Virus record (IMG/VR): IMGVR_UViG_3300027644_000024
Coordinates: 1-44,880 of that record
Length of the DNA stretch: 44,880 bases
From: a virus
Lineage: Duplodnaviria; Caudoviricetes
Direction: 5' to 3' (one strand)
In this document: in pieces, positions 18,701-27,103 of the stretch
How positions within the stretch are numbered: position 1 is the first letter of the stretch
Layout: every line of letters starts with the position of its first letter
The notes under the pieces: model-generated
Seen by the model: the letters and a program-made list of their open reading frames with translations, nothing else
Database searches by the model: none
Told to the model about the DNA's origin: nothing
Made by a program: the position numbers and the translations under genes

Positions 18701-20620
18701 TGCAGGAATTTCTCTTGGCAATTCTCTTGTATTAATAGACTCAAATATACCTCCTCCAGGTGAAAGAGTTACTTGTGCATCATTATCACTACCACTACCA
18801 AGTACATCAACGAAAATTTTACTTGATTGCTTCTTCTCATTTGGTTCAATAAGTCCTTGTTTTAATAACAAGTTGCCTTTATGATTTGCATTAACCGTAT
18901 AAATTACATTTTTTCGAATTTTTTGTTTCTGAATATTTTGTAAAGACTCAAGAGTAAATGTATCTCCCGAATTATCAGTAGCAGTAAAAGTGAATGAAAG
19001 GTCAGTGGGACTTGGTGTTGATGTTGATGTAGTGATTGGTTGAGTGATTCTTCTAAAAAATCCACCTGAAGTTGTGAGAGTAAAAGAAGTAACTCCTTCA
19101 TATTTAATGGGAGTATAGTTATTATTATCAGCATCTTCTGGTCTAAACTTATCAACTAGTGCAAAGGCATTCACGGATTCTTGAAGTAATGCACCCATGA
19201 ATCCACCCCCTTCTCCTTCTGCACCTCTACCAGTCAAACGTTGAATATGAGTTATATACGGAATCCAGGATTGGTTTGATCCATAAAATGCAGTATTTTG
19301 ATTCAGTTCAACATTAGCATCATTAACCATTCCAGCAGCCATTCCAATAAAAAGATCGGATTGTTTATACTCTGGATTTGGAACAATCGTAATCGGACCA
19401 TAAAGTCTTCCTCCCTTTAGAAATACTTCTCCTGCAAAATCACCACCCAAAGGTCTTGCTCCAGGACCTACGGTTTTTGCTTTGCCATCAGGACCCCAGG
19501 AAACAATACCAACCTCAGGAATATTAAGTGATGGTCCAACAGTAAATAATGCTCCAAAATTACAATAAACTTCTTCATCGGCACGATATTGTGTTAAATC
19601 AAGGTAAATTCCAGGGGCACTTGTAAAATGTCGTAAGGTTGGTGCTGATACAGATGCTATAGTAAATGAAACTTCTTCGGTTTCTGAAATTGTTGATGGT
19701 GGTAGTGCTCCGACTGGTGGTGATAATTCTTTTAGTTTTCCTCCCCAACTCCAATGAGTAACATCATATTTTAAAGGAATAATTGGTAAATCATCACAAG
19801 TAATTGATACTGATTTTGCAGTTCTTGTAGTCCAAAAAGGATTTCTTGATATTCTTCTTACGATATCTTGATAGACTTTAATTTCATCAAGAATTGGATC
19901 TGGTCCTGGGTTCATATAATTTTTGGGATCCCAGTCTCCTACATCTATTCCATTAATGCTCCAGGTTTTTCCATATGGAGGATCAGGTTCACAAATTTCA
20001 TACTCCTCAAAATCTGCTTCATTATCATAAGACTCTGTTGTCTGTGTAACTCCACCAATAATTGAAAGAAACGTTGCACCAACTGTATAATTGCAATGAT
20101 CTCTAGCAGTAACAAGTGGTGGATATTTATACCCATTACCACCACGAATAATATCTACTGCAAGAATACTATTATCATTACCAATAACAGGGTTTGCAGC
20201 AGCACCAATTCCACCACCACCAAAAATTTGAATAGTTGGATCACCACATTCTTTCTTTTGACTAGCTCCCCCACACTCATCCTTTGGTACAGAAAAAACC
20301 TCAACGGGATCTAACTTATTAACCTCACTAATACTTAAATATTTAACTGTTTGATTATTATCTTTAATAATAAAAGTTGTTCCAGGGTCGTTTTTAGCAT
20401 ATTCATTTGCTTCACAGATTGAAACATCCTCAACATATCCTAGAATAGGATCAATATAACCTACTTTAATATTATCTTTTGTTGCTGGTCCAAACAGATT
20501 AAAAGTAGTAGTTTTAGTTATGGTTTTGCCGGAAGAATCTGCACTAACTTCCGTAGTACTGAATGTGTTTCTACTACTTGGTGTACTGCCACTACTAGAT
20601 TGTCCTCCCGAATATGTCAT
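12701..20620 (-). CDS. Giant mosaic baseplate/virion protein with multiple PA14-like domains, a Gly-rich domain and a DUF5648-like domain
   Basis: PA14-like motifs DGEYTFRGLCDNEAVLYID and DGKYNLTALADDLVIIRVDG; HFFTTN/HLYT/HFYTT triple repeat; GGxGY beta-repeats at both ends. Confidence 0.75.
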   Translation of the reverse strand: MTYSGGQSSSGSTPSSRNTFSTTEVSADSSGKTITKTTTFNLFGPATKDNIKVGYIDPILGYVEDVSICEANEYAKNDPGTTFIIKDNNQTVKYLSISEVNKLDPVEVFSVPKDECGGASQKKECGDPTIQIFGGGGIGAAANPVIGNDNSILAVDIIRGGNGYKYPPLVTARDHCNYTVGATFLSIIGGVTQTTESYDNEADFEEYEICEPDPPYGKTWSINGIDVGDWDPKNYMNPGPDPILDEIKVYQDIVRRISRNPFWTTRTAKSVSITCDDLPIIPLKYDVTHWSWGGKLKELSPPVGALPPSTISETEEVSFTIASVSAPTLRHFTSAPGIYLDLTQYRADEEVYCNFGALFTVGPSLNIPEVGIVSWGPDGKAKTVGPGARPLGGDFAGEVFLKGGRLYGPITIVPNPEYKQSDLFIGMAAGMVNDANVELNQNTAFYGSNQSWIPYITHIQRLTGRGAEGEGGGFMGALLQESVNAFALVDKFRPEDADNNNYTPIKYEGVTSFTLTTSGGFFRRITQPITTSTSTPSPTDLSFTFTATDNSGDTFTLESLQNIQKQKIRKNVIYTVNANHKGNLLLKQGLIEPNEKKQSSKIFVDVLGSGSDNDAQVTLSPGGGIFESINTRELPREIPAPASSTIIDVNFKFFGKQDASNTHNYKITELGIDIFKPSKTGIDQNITKNCESGKVYEVEFFNNGSPGGTIILRNDSFIEYEDAGIGTLDASINIDKGKFFNIKDNKCSFVVGEPTSPITPETISISKITYVLTGSPTTQPDPVLVPPKEEVDLTSFMNTYAISPVSPSNVKGTDYSDKDFTFLWNEDFPTDGEYTFRGLCDNEAVLYIDNEKIADIKKHPSPLGIFDKNFVDGEKIGEDGGFGEIKKTITRGPHTIRIELFNAPTTPTNIEAVASSGIAGPAGQRIKPIPISAGKKGFDFAGGARSGEAGGGGSGGGGGGAPGGSGGSYAGVTGLSSRYGQSRALTGVAARGGYGGKSKYEKTIATLQSPDITNKLDNGYVTIEYTTLEGSFNKTYEENVGVTIPPGATNIKVTVAAARGGNGGTNAGNDETGGLGRMGTFTLSDGAKSLDLKIGKKGNAGIYGKVVSTPRGIAAIAGGAGGVSDVASGGDGGESIAGSSGGGGGGATAVYDAFLKTYIIVAGGGGGGGGGVLTTSEPRGQDGMQFRLHSSLILPSPPTTTILLSTVDTTPGSTTITRIKPPSWYDNPMGVALTIDAPEPTIPKEPIPKQEGRCPDNPIWTTRFSTIPPRQYWYPVNYFGEKIEKIIEVAAAPSIETTSVSETEEVGFNVYGNTTAAAPPDELLSEIRNSWVPVNLIGIWSGEMNTYASAPPLPGASAGGNGDWVPVREKFDITHTVDLLADTYNFEYGADNEIKLTLSAGSQDFITEELTGDVQSHFRTNNISKSMTLENGVYEIKMVITNLGGPSGGYWILKNFKGEIIRTSRDPILRKAATIKAAPGSTSPSDFSFTFTSTDKLDSFTINGFSENKKIIINPQQVRKNVIYNVVANHVSKEIQQKLIQGLIEPDEKKESTKIYASTLSEGTSDTETYTDTSSGTLIWDTRTNGIGIKNINVVSQGILLPIDGYDSTKSTDPTDYTPEPQWNSFLKRYAVKVPDDRGPLIFMSGGFLGRYINAPYAGEYELEVSVGNLELRTYYTYLDAKKVTPPGNSFRIAINREAIFSTRNVGTGVVYRLDPISEMQDRIVPVAGPTKVTLFENQKETTKITIKLNEGLNTIYFMSEFHVAWAATIRKKEDAGVVRQGSKYRNYNNEIEVILPPGGGIFKTLNTKELPREVPALASPIVLIDMLRYFTKDFSGEAGATHFFTTNPAKEFIDFNLLKLEGIGWKMFGETIDVEGIVPLYRLFSGGDHLYTISDTEKSSAIRSGYSFEGIVGYVYSQPGPDRIEVFRFYNPPGDPGGLGPIPGEHFYTTDINEISALPGQGFQSEGIAFYAPTVAPITPASITLAPPITPATILTSEIVYVLESSSTPPTTKEETNIVTTDPWSNFLNRYAISPFKPLETPGSGQGGNQQSTSWDIEIPYRGFYKLVTENDLDDTTTIYVDGVEINGYTITPPIKTRTTGERSKKIELEKGLHNIRIDIKNNTTTTAGIFDTTSHSQKIFRTLDWQVAAETAKTTIIGGLTGGTANDGVTYEGPTLTSYVPGFISPLIQNTLTPTDEIQGKTWIMTWKNVDFPEDGKYNLTALADDLVIIRVDGVEVGRHDLNADGENFKQSSFNATKGRRTLQLELSNLSFPNTGFRENPVVTSVEITRNYSETILREGTIQEESWRDNPVGVGAILIPPPCPRLIRGKGVVTEIIITSGGNRPRPGIGSTGSGTFIGIGRTDPGGDPRDPGGDPRDPGGDPRDPRDSGGDPRDSGGDPRDLSDPRDPGGDLGDGTPTLITIIPPSGPPTGVNARFIPQFEVIRDAITPDPQKLLQVTDLVGLKQTGYVNGRPYYGSVYYDRGIRYAGFYETVGEPVIVYDTLRESILAQIITPPSAILRQGTDIRSNDPLLNIPGTVQSTLSSTSIVGDGDYFPPSFVPDPVQTSTYPVALRLKYVLVEDPGINYNVTDKIRITPSNGAILEPIFGSFGRVIRVAIINPGFGFTEYPTIEMYTPL
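13370..13525. repeat. Imperfect tandem repeat of 9/12/21-nt units encoding (D[PS]GGDPR)n
   Basis: atcaccaccagg and atcacgagg units; 13 GATC sites counted by eye. Confidence 0.9.
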
Positions 20621-20657
20621 AGTTAACTTCTATATTTTACTTTCATCTTAGTAATGG

Positions 20658-20664
20658 TATTTAT
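20658..20664 (-). promoter_or_regulatory. Late promoter-like box ATAAATA
   Basis: tatttat 37 nt upstream of ORF start 20620. Confidence 0.55.
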
Positions 20665-20674
20665 TAGAAAAGAT

Positions 20675-22543
20675 TTAAAGTTGTAAAGTATTACGAATAG
20701 CATCTTTTTCAGCTTTTATTATTGCTTGGCCTTGAGGATCTTTTTCTCCTACCTTTAAATCTGGAGTATTCTTTGCTGGAGTTGCATAAGGTACTGGTGG
20801 TTCATTCTTTAGGTTGGCGCCCGAGTTTTCTATAGCTTCCCGATTAACTTGAGCAGGTCTTGGTTCTTGCGGTTCTTCTGCAGCACCAGAACCTTCTTGT
20901 AAAGTATAAAAATCTGATGCAGCACAATTTGGTTTTACGTCGCATCCAAAAATATCAAAAGTAATATTTTCAAAAGAAAGTGCTGATATAAGATTTAAAC
21001 TAATATTGGGTATGTCTATACCATCAAAATCAGGTATAGTTGGTATAGTTGGTATAGTTGGTATAATGCTATCAGTACTACTAGGAATAGTAGATATGTC
21101 TATCTCACCTATATCAGATGTAAATCCTTTCGGTTGTGCTGCCCGAATATCACTCACAAATATCTTTATTGATTTAATTATATTTTCAGCAGTTTCTTTA
21201 ATCTCTGGTTCATTTACTGCGATCAGCAATCCAGTCAATCTCTCAACAGAACAAATTGGAGGAAGAGGTGCATTACCCTCTGATGAAAGACCACCAGAAC
21301 CAGTACCATCAGAACCAGTACCACCAGAACCAGTACCATCAGAACCAGTACCATCAGAACCAGTACCATCGGAAAATCCACTTGAGGGATTACATACGTC
21401 TATTTCATCTGTTAGGGCACTTAACATTTGAGGACCTAAACCACCACTAATTTTACTGAAAAGACATTTAATTAATTCATTAATTTCTATCTTCATATCA
21501 AGAAATTGAAATCTCTGATTTGGAAACAACTTATCAGCTAAAGGACCAATTGCCTCATTAATTTTCTTTAACATATATTCCATAATTTTATTAAAAATAA
21601 TCTTCATATACTTTGCAAGTATGAGTGCAAATCTTTCCAGTAAAGATTGTATTCTATTAGTAACCCCTGGTGCTGCACCAGGAGAGTTAGTTGGACAAAT
21701 AGTTGGATGTGGATCTGTAAGAAGATTACCAGAAATACCACCTACGATAGAATTAAGTTGAAGTGGATTTGGGGAACTTGGAATACTAGCAAGTGGTGAA
21801 ATAACTTCAGAAACTGCATCTATATACTCCTGAGTTGATTGTAAAATCTTATCAATTTCTTTAGTAAGATTTTCAATTTCCGTCTGCATTGCTTTCATTG
21901 CAGATCCAGGAAGATCGCAAGGACTTAACATTACAGTTTTTTTGAGATATAAATCTAATCTTTTTACGTCAGCAGCACTTTGTTGGTGAAAAGAATCAGC
22001 ACTTTCTTTAGTTGCTCCTTGCCCCTGTGTAGTTGCTTTGTCGTCATCAGGAACTTTAATATTTGGATCTTTAGTTCCAATAGCAGGTTCTGCATGACCA
22101 CTTACTGCAAGACTTCCTGGTGATGCATTAGTTACCTTTCCATCACCAATTTTTGTTGCAAGTGGGGTCTGTGCATTATTACCAAGCACTCCCATAATCA
22201 CAGGAACTTGTTGCTCTTGACCATCTAAGAAGAAACCAAATACCATATTCCCCTGACGGAGATTTGGTGTTTGACCTGAAGACCCCTGACCACCACCAGC
22301 AGTCACAGGATACATCACCTGTGCCCAAGGAAGTTCCTTTGATTTTATTTCAGATTCTCCTTGATCGTGAAGACCTATAATGCGAACCTTATATCTTCTA
22401 CCCCACCCAGGAATTTGATCAGGACTTTCAAACTTTGCAGGTGCTATATTATCGCGCCAAGTTGAATCGGCAGCAATTTGTCCGATCCACCAGTTAAAAC
22501 TAGCACCAAGAAAACCTGAATTAAAGAGAGATCCACCTTCCAT
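20675..22543 (-). CDS. gp5: Baseplate hub subunit gp5 (N-terminal OB-fold; no recognisable lysozyme domain)
   Basis: WWIGQI...RYKVRIIGLH...LPWAQVMYPVT...VFGFFLDGQEQQVPVIMG is the gp5 OB-fold signature. Confidence 0.85.
   Translation of the reverse strand: MEGGSLFNSGFLGASFNWWIGQIAADSTWRDNIAPAKFESPDQIPGWGRRYKVRIIGLHDQGESEIKSKELPWAQVMYPVTAGGGQGSSGQTPNLRQGNMVFGFFLDGQEQQVPVIMGVLGNNAQTPLATKIGDGKVTNASPGSLAVSGHAEPAIGTKDPNIKVPDDDKATTQGQGATKESADSFHQQSAADVKRLDLYLKKTVMLSPCDLPGSAMKAMQTEIENLTKEIDKILQSTQEYIDAVSEVISPLASIPSSPNPLQLNSIVGGISGNLLTDPHPTICPTNSPGAAPGVTNRIQSLLERFALILAKYMKIIFNKIMEYMLKKINEAIGPLADKLFPNQRFQFLDMKIEINELIKCLFSKISGGLGPQMLSALTDEIDVCNPSSGFSDGTGSDGTGSDGTGSGGTGSDGTGSGGLSSEGNAPLPPICSVERLTGLLIAVNEPEIKETAENIIKSIKIFVSDIRAAQPKGFTSDIGEIDISTIPSSTDSIIPTIPTIPTIPDFDGIDIPNISLNLISALSFENITFDIFGCDVKPNCAASDFYTLQEGSGAAEEPQEPRPAQVNREAIENSGANLKNEPPVPYATPAKNTPDLKVGEKDPQGQAIIKAEKDAIRNTLQL
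21033..21067. repeat. 9-bp tandem repeat (PTI)n
   Basis: ggtatagtt units x3-4. Confidence 0.8.
21296..21370. repeat. 15-bp tandem repeat x5 ([DG]GTGS)n
   Basis: agaaccagtaccatc units, one with a single mismatch. Confidence 0.95.
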
Positions 22544-22578
22544 TAATTATTAAACCTCACATATCTTATATTGGTTTG

Positions 22579-23925
22579 TCATAATGGTATCTTGCCAGAG
22601 GTATGACTGCCTGTTCTACCCACAGAATCTCTCACTAAAATTAGTTTTGTGTAGGTTTCTTTTGGTGAAATATAGTGGCATAAATCTGCTATAATATATA
22701 GACCACCATCTTGCTTGTCCACTTCATCACTTTTTTTTGTATCTAGAGGTGGAGCATCCATAAAAATAGCATCTCCTGCATGTAAAGAAAAATCTCCGGG
22801 TATTGTAACTTCTGATTTAGATGTAAATAACTGATTATACCTCATAGTAGATTGATTCAAAATATCTTTTGGTTCAAAGTTTTCTTTCGTAGAGTTTTTA
22901 ATTTGTTCTTTTGTATCTCCTGTAGGTAGTGTTCCTTTATCAAGAAGCATATATTGAGTTCTTGTAAACTCTTTATTTGCTCCTTCTCTATTAAACTCTG
23001 GATTTAGAACTGGCAATTCTTTACCAGCAGTTTTAATACCATCTTTCTTTTCAATTGCTTTTGCATTTGGAGTAATCACTTCATAATAACAATTGAATGG
23101 ATCAAACAAAATTGTTCTTGTAGAGAATGCCCCCATTTTAAGTTTCTCTTGCACATCTACACTATTATCTTTTGAATAATCAAGTGCTTTTATATCGTAT
23201 CCTGCAGGAATATTAGCACCTCCCGAATCTGGAGTTTGGTTAAAGATAATAGATTTTTTCTTTTCTTGTGCGAAGAGAGAGTCTATTGACTTAAACTTAA
23301 ATCCTTCTGATGTCTCAAAGAAAAGAAATCCAGCAGAATTTCCTTTTGCATCCGGTAGATCTGGAACTGCTTTTTTAGATAACCAGTTCATTGCATAGTA
23401 AGGTTTTCTATTATTTCCAATAAAATTATAGTTATTAGAAGTGCTTTCTATATCAACTTTTTTTTCTGTTCCCAAATAATTTTTATCTGTTAATATTTTT
23501 TTAATGGACTCTGATATTTTTCCATCAAACCTTGTATTCAATCTTACCTTTTCATTCATAATATACTCTTTAGATGCAAGATTTATTTGAACCATAGATT
23601 TATTTGTCTCATTTACAAGAGGAGTGACTTTGTTTACATACAAAACTAAATCTAAAGTTTTCTTATTATTATCCGTAAACTTAAGTAAAATTTTTTCTTG
23701 TCCAACCAACGGCAATCCTTCAATCACATTTTTACCACCAAATGCATTTCCAGTATCTACATAAGTTATAGTTGCTCTTACAGAATCTTGTAGAATGCTT
23801 TCATAATACATCAATAAATTAACGCCATCAGCAATAGGTTGATTTCTTTGATTTTTATTAGAAACAACATCAATCTTCTCAATAAAAGACGATCCCGATG
23901 CCCTTGATGTTATCTGATTTGCCAT
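22579..23925 (-). CDS. Baseplate hub protein, gp27/phage late control D-like
   Basis: YYESIL...D; FLFFETSEGFKFKSIDSL; IPGDFSLHAGD...GLYIIADLCHY...TKLILVRDS; immediately upstream of gp5. Confidence 0.7.
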   Translation of the reverse strand: MANQITSRASGSSFIEKIDVVSNKNQRNQPIADGVNLLMYYESILQDSVRATITYVDTGNAFGGKNVIEGLPLVGQEKILLKFTDNNKKTLDLVLYVNKVTPLVNETNKSMVQINLASKEYIMNEKVRLNTRFDGKISESIKKILTDKNYLGTEKKVDIESTSNNYNFIGNNRKPYYAMNWLSKKAVPDLPDAKGNSAGFLFFETSEGFKFKSIDSLFAQEKKKSIIFNQTPDSGGANIPAGYDIKALDYSKDNSVDVQEKLKMGAFSTRTILFDPFNCYYEVITPNAKAIEKKDGIKTAGKELPVLNPEFNREGANKEFTRTQYMLLDKGTLPTGDTKEQIKNSTKENFEPKDILNQSTMRYNQLFTSKSEVTIPGDFSLHAGDAIFMDAPPLDTKKSDEVDKQDGGLYIIADLCHYISPKETYTKLILVRDSVGRTGSHTSGKIPL

Positions 23926-23948
23926 ATGCTATTACCTCTTATTTCTAT

Positions 23949-26900
23949 TTAACCACCCTGATATAAGGTGCTAAATGGATCATCACCACCACCACCATAT
24001 GCGATTAACATTCCTTCGCCACCACCACCACCATCACTATCATAATCATCAGGAGCACTTGGACGTGGGATAACGATTGTTTGGGGGGACATTGTATCAT
24101 AAGGAGCATACTGACTAATTGCGGCCATTACACCTTTATATCCTTTTGCTTGGTTGATAGCGAGCAGCATATCTTTTGCGTAAGGATAACTATCAGCATC
24201 AATAACTCCCTCTTCTCCATCTTCTCCCAACATTGCAAGGTGAGGTTTCCCCAATGTTTCTCCACCTTTTTGATAAGCAGCGTGAACGTGATGTGAATGA
24301 AGTGCATTTGGTGCTGATTCATATTTTCCAAATCCTCTGAAGGCAGGAGATCCGTGTATCACTTCAACGGGTTTTACATTGTTTTTTTTATTCCACTCTA
24401 TCATTGCTTTTATAATAGGTGCTTGCTCATCTTTTCCTCCCGACTGTGGGTGTGCAGGTCCATATCCACCCAAATCAATTGCTCTCCCCTCGTTGTGATA
24501 TGATTGATAAGATCTTCTTGACCAACCTGGATGTTTTGGATGTTGATGAACCTCTCCTGTTGGTATTTTCACTTGCTTCATATAATCTCCAAGATCTCCA
24601 GCAATTTTAGAACCACCAGATCCATATCCTGTACCAAGTGGCATAGAACCACCACTGGATGCCATATAAGTTCCAGCACCTTCTGTTGCTTTTCCTTGTC
24701 CAAGAACAAGTTTATCATATATTGGTTTAGACTTATTATATCTTTCCATTATTTTTGCTTCTGTTTTATGTCCTTCAGGAACTTCATATTGTTGCATAAA
24801 AATAGTTGATGCAGTTTTTACATCTTTTGCTTGTTTTATTTGACTCAAAACCTGACCATATGCGCCTTTAAATTCTTTAAGAAAAAACTGATACTCAATA
24901 TCCATTGAGAGTGGTTTGCTTAAATCCGCACCTCTAGATTTTGCATAATCAGCAAGAGCTTGTTGTCTTCCTCTACTAGTCCATTGAACAATTCCATATC
25001 CAGTTACATCATCAACTTTAAGCACCCCTTTAGTTCCAGGTAGTGTATTTTGAGGTCTTGCATTCTCAACTCCAGATTCAGCGTCCATATTTCCAACAAT
25101 ACCTGCAGCCTGATCTGCTGTTAAACCCAAATCTCTCATCAAGTTTCTAGCCATTGTAAGTTTATCTCCACTTGTTCCAGATGGTCCAGCCTCAAAATCA
25201 CCATCACCACCAGCATCACCATCACCATCACCATCTCCAGAACTATCATCTTGTTCTGCCTTTTTCTTATTCATATTTTCTTTAATCAATCTCATAGTTT
25301 TTTGAGCACCAGTTTCTATTTCTCCCCGAAAAACATTTGATACCCAACTACTAATATCACCACCAGTTTCTATTGCAGATAAAACATCAGGATCAACAAG
25401 TCCACCCTCAGCAAATGCAGGAATAATACCACCCTTTAATTGTCCATCCTGAACACCCTTAGCAATTAAAAGATTTAAACCAAGTCCAACATTTTTATAA
25501 TCCATTTGATCTGGTTTTTGTCCCAGAATCATTTTAGATGTGATAGCAAGAATTGGACCAAAGTAATCAGTCTTTCCTAAATCTTCTCCTACAGTTTTAA
25601 TAACATTAAACGGGTTAACAGTATCAATTACTTTTGCTGCTGCTTTAAGGGGGTTTGGAAATATTCCAAATATTTTATCTTCTCCACCAACATCAGCACC
25701 CGGTTTAATCTGAACTTGACTGGGTTTTTGTGCTATCGTTCTTTTATATACTTGTTTTTTCTTCATACCCCCAAAAGTTCTTTTTGTTCCAGCAGCAGAC
25801 TTACCACCTCTTGTAATTCCACCACTCTTATATGCATAAGGTTTTCCTGTTTTTGGATCATTGTCCACCAATCCCATTTTACGAAGTCCAGCCTCAGTCA
25901 ATTTATATGCTGCCTCACCTGCCAAATATGATGCAGCAAAACCTGCAATTGCAAGAGCAATAGCTGCAGGTATTCCAACTACAGATATTCCCAATGCAGC
26001 TACGCCAGCAAGCACTGCAGCATAGGCAGCCATACCAGCAGCAACACCAGCAACTGCACTTATAAGAGTTCTTATTCCGTCCTTACCTCTTCCTTGTGAT
26101 ACTAACATTCCAGATTCAATTAAATCTGGAATAAGGAAAACAAGACCCAATAGCCCACCTTTTGGTTTTAATCCTTTTGGAAGTTTAAGTTTACCTCCAC
26201 CTCCTCCACCACCGGTTGTTACTTTAGGTTTTTGTCTTAATGGATTTCTTATATCTGGTTTTCCTGCAGCACCACCACCACCAGTTGTTACCTTGGGGGT
26301 TTGTCTTAATGGATTTCTTATATCTGGTTTTCCTTGTGGTCCACCTCCACTGATTGTTCTAGTTCCCCGTGTGCCTGGTGCGGAAGGACCTCTACCTTTT
26401 GAACCTCCACCTTTTGAACCTCCACCTTTTGAACCTCCACCAAATCCACCAGATCCAGCAAAAAGCATTCCTGCAATTATTACAGTGTTTAAAAATGTAT
26501 TCAGAGTGCTTGATAACTGATCAAACTGGTTTTCTCCTCTCTTACCAAAAAGATTTTTTACAAGTCCTCTTGTTGCATCATATGCTTTGTATCCTATATC
26601 AATAAAAGTCACCAACCCATTTAAAAATTTTCCTCCAATATCAATAATAAAATCTGCAGCATTTCCTAAAAATTTAAGAATAGGCATTATTTTTGGAAGA
26701 TGCTCAATCAATCTTACTGCAAAATACCCAAGAATAATATTACCAATAAAGTTTTTAATCCAATCCAAAATGCCCATTCTTGGGGCAGCAGGAAGTTTGA
26801 CTTTACCACCACTCTCTACATTTGGTTTTGTTTCTAACTTTGTCTCTATATCTTCTTTTCTTTTTCTACTTGTTGCTTTCTTTTTATCATCAAGTTGTTT

Positions 26901-27098
26901 TTTGTCTAGTGCAAGTGAACCCTTAAGAATATCTTCTATTTTAATAACGTTTATTTTAATACCCTCTATACTTTTAATTGATTTTTTTGATAAAACAATA
27001 TTAGCAGACCCACCACCAATCATCCTTTCTTGCTGTGCCTTTTGCATTACAAGTCTTCCTGATGATTTATTTAAAAGTTTATCTGTGTTGATTGTCAT
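23949..27098 (-). CDS. Tape-measure-like tail hub protein with phage tail lysozyme domain and C-terminal Zn-peptidase-like domain
   Basis: QAAGIVGNMDAESG...GYGIVQWT...R (Phage_lysozyme2-type); SYHNEGRAIDL...HSHHVH (M15/Hedgehog-type H-x6-D...HxH). Confidence 0.7.
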   Translation of the reverse strand: MTINTDKLLNKSSGRLVMQKAQQERMIGGGSANIVLSKKSIKSIEGIKINVIKIEDILKGSLALDKKQLDDKKKATSRKRKEDIETKLETKPNVESGGKVKLPAAPRMGILDWIKNFIGNIILGYFAVRLIEHLPKIMPILKFLGNAADFIIDIGGKFLNGLVTFIDIGYKAYDATRGLVKNLFGKRGENQFDQLSSTLNTFLNTVIIAGMLFAGSGGFGGGSKGGGSKGGGSKGRGPSAPGTRGTRTISGGGPQGKPDIRNPLRQTPKVTTGGGGAAGKPDIRNPLRQKPKVTTGGGGGGGKLKLPKGLKPKGGLLGLVFLIPDLIESGMLVSQGRGKDGIRTLISAVAGVAAGMAAYAAVLAGVAALGISVVGIPAAIALAIAGFAASYLAGEAAYKLTEAGLRKMGLVDNDPKTGKPYAYKSGGITRGGKSAAGTKRTFGGMKKKQVYKRTIAQKPSQVQIKPGADVGGEDKIFGIFPNPLKAAAKVIDTVNPFNVIKTVGEDLGKTDYFGPILAITSKMILGQKPDQMDYKNVGLGLNLLIAKGVQDGQLKGGIIPAFAEGGLVDPDVLSAIETGGDISSWVSNVFRGEIETGAQKTMRLIKENMNKKKAEQDDSSGDGDGDGDAGGDGDFEAGPSGTSGDKLTMARNLMRDLGLTADQAAGIVGNMDAESGVENARPQNTLPGTKGVLKVDDVTGYGIVQWTSRGRQQALADYAKSRGADLSKPLSMDIEYQFFLKEFKGAYGQVLSQIKQAKDVKTASTIFMQQYEVPEGHKTEAKIMERYNKSKPIYDKLVLGQGKATEGAGTYMASSGGSMPLGTGYGSGGSKIAGDLGDYMKQVKIPTGEVHQHPKHPGWSRRSYQSYHNEGRAIDLGGYGPAHPQSGGKDEQAPIIKAMIEWNKKNNVKPVEVIHGSPAFRGFGKYESAPNALHSHHVHAAYQKGGETLGKPHLAMLGEDGEEGVIDADSYPYAKDMLLAINQAKGYKGVMAAISQYAPYDTMSPQTIVIPRPSAPDDYDSDGGGGGEGMLIAYGGGGDDPFSTLYQGG
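26208..26333. repeat. 66-bp duplication (GKPDIRNPLRQxPKVTTGGG)
   Basis: ttgtcttaatggatttcttatatctggttttcct occurs twice, 66 nt apart. Confidence 0.9.
26394..26441. repeat. 15-bp tandem repeat x3 (GGSKG)
   Basis: accttttgaacctcc units. Confidence 0.9.
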
Positions 27099-27103
27099 CT
27101 ATT

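Noticed and set aside
21006-21450. Plus-strand ORFs with EPVPS or QNQYH repeats
   Set aside because: Antisense shadows of the 15-bp repeat in gp5
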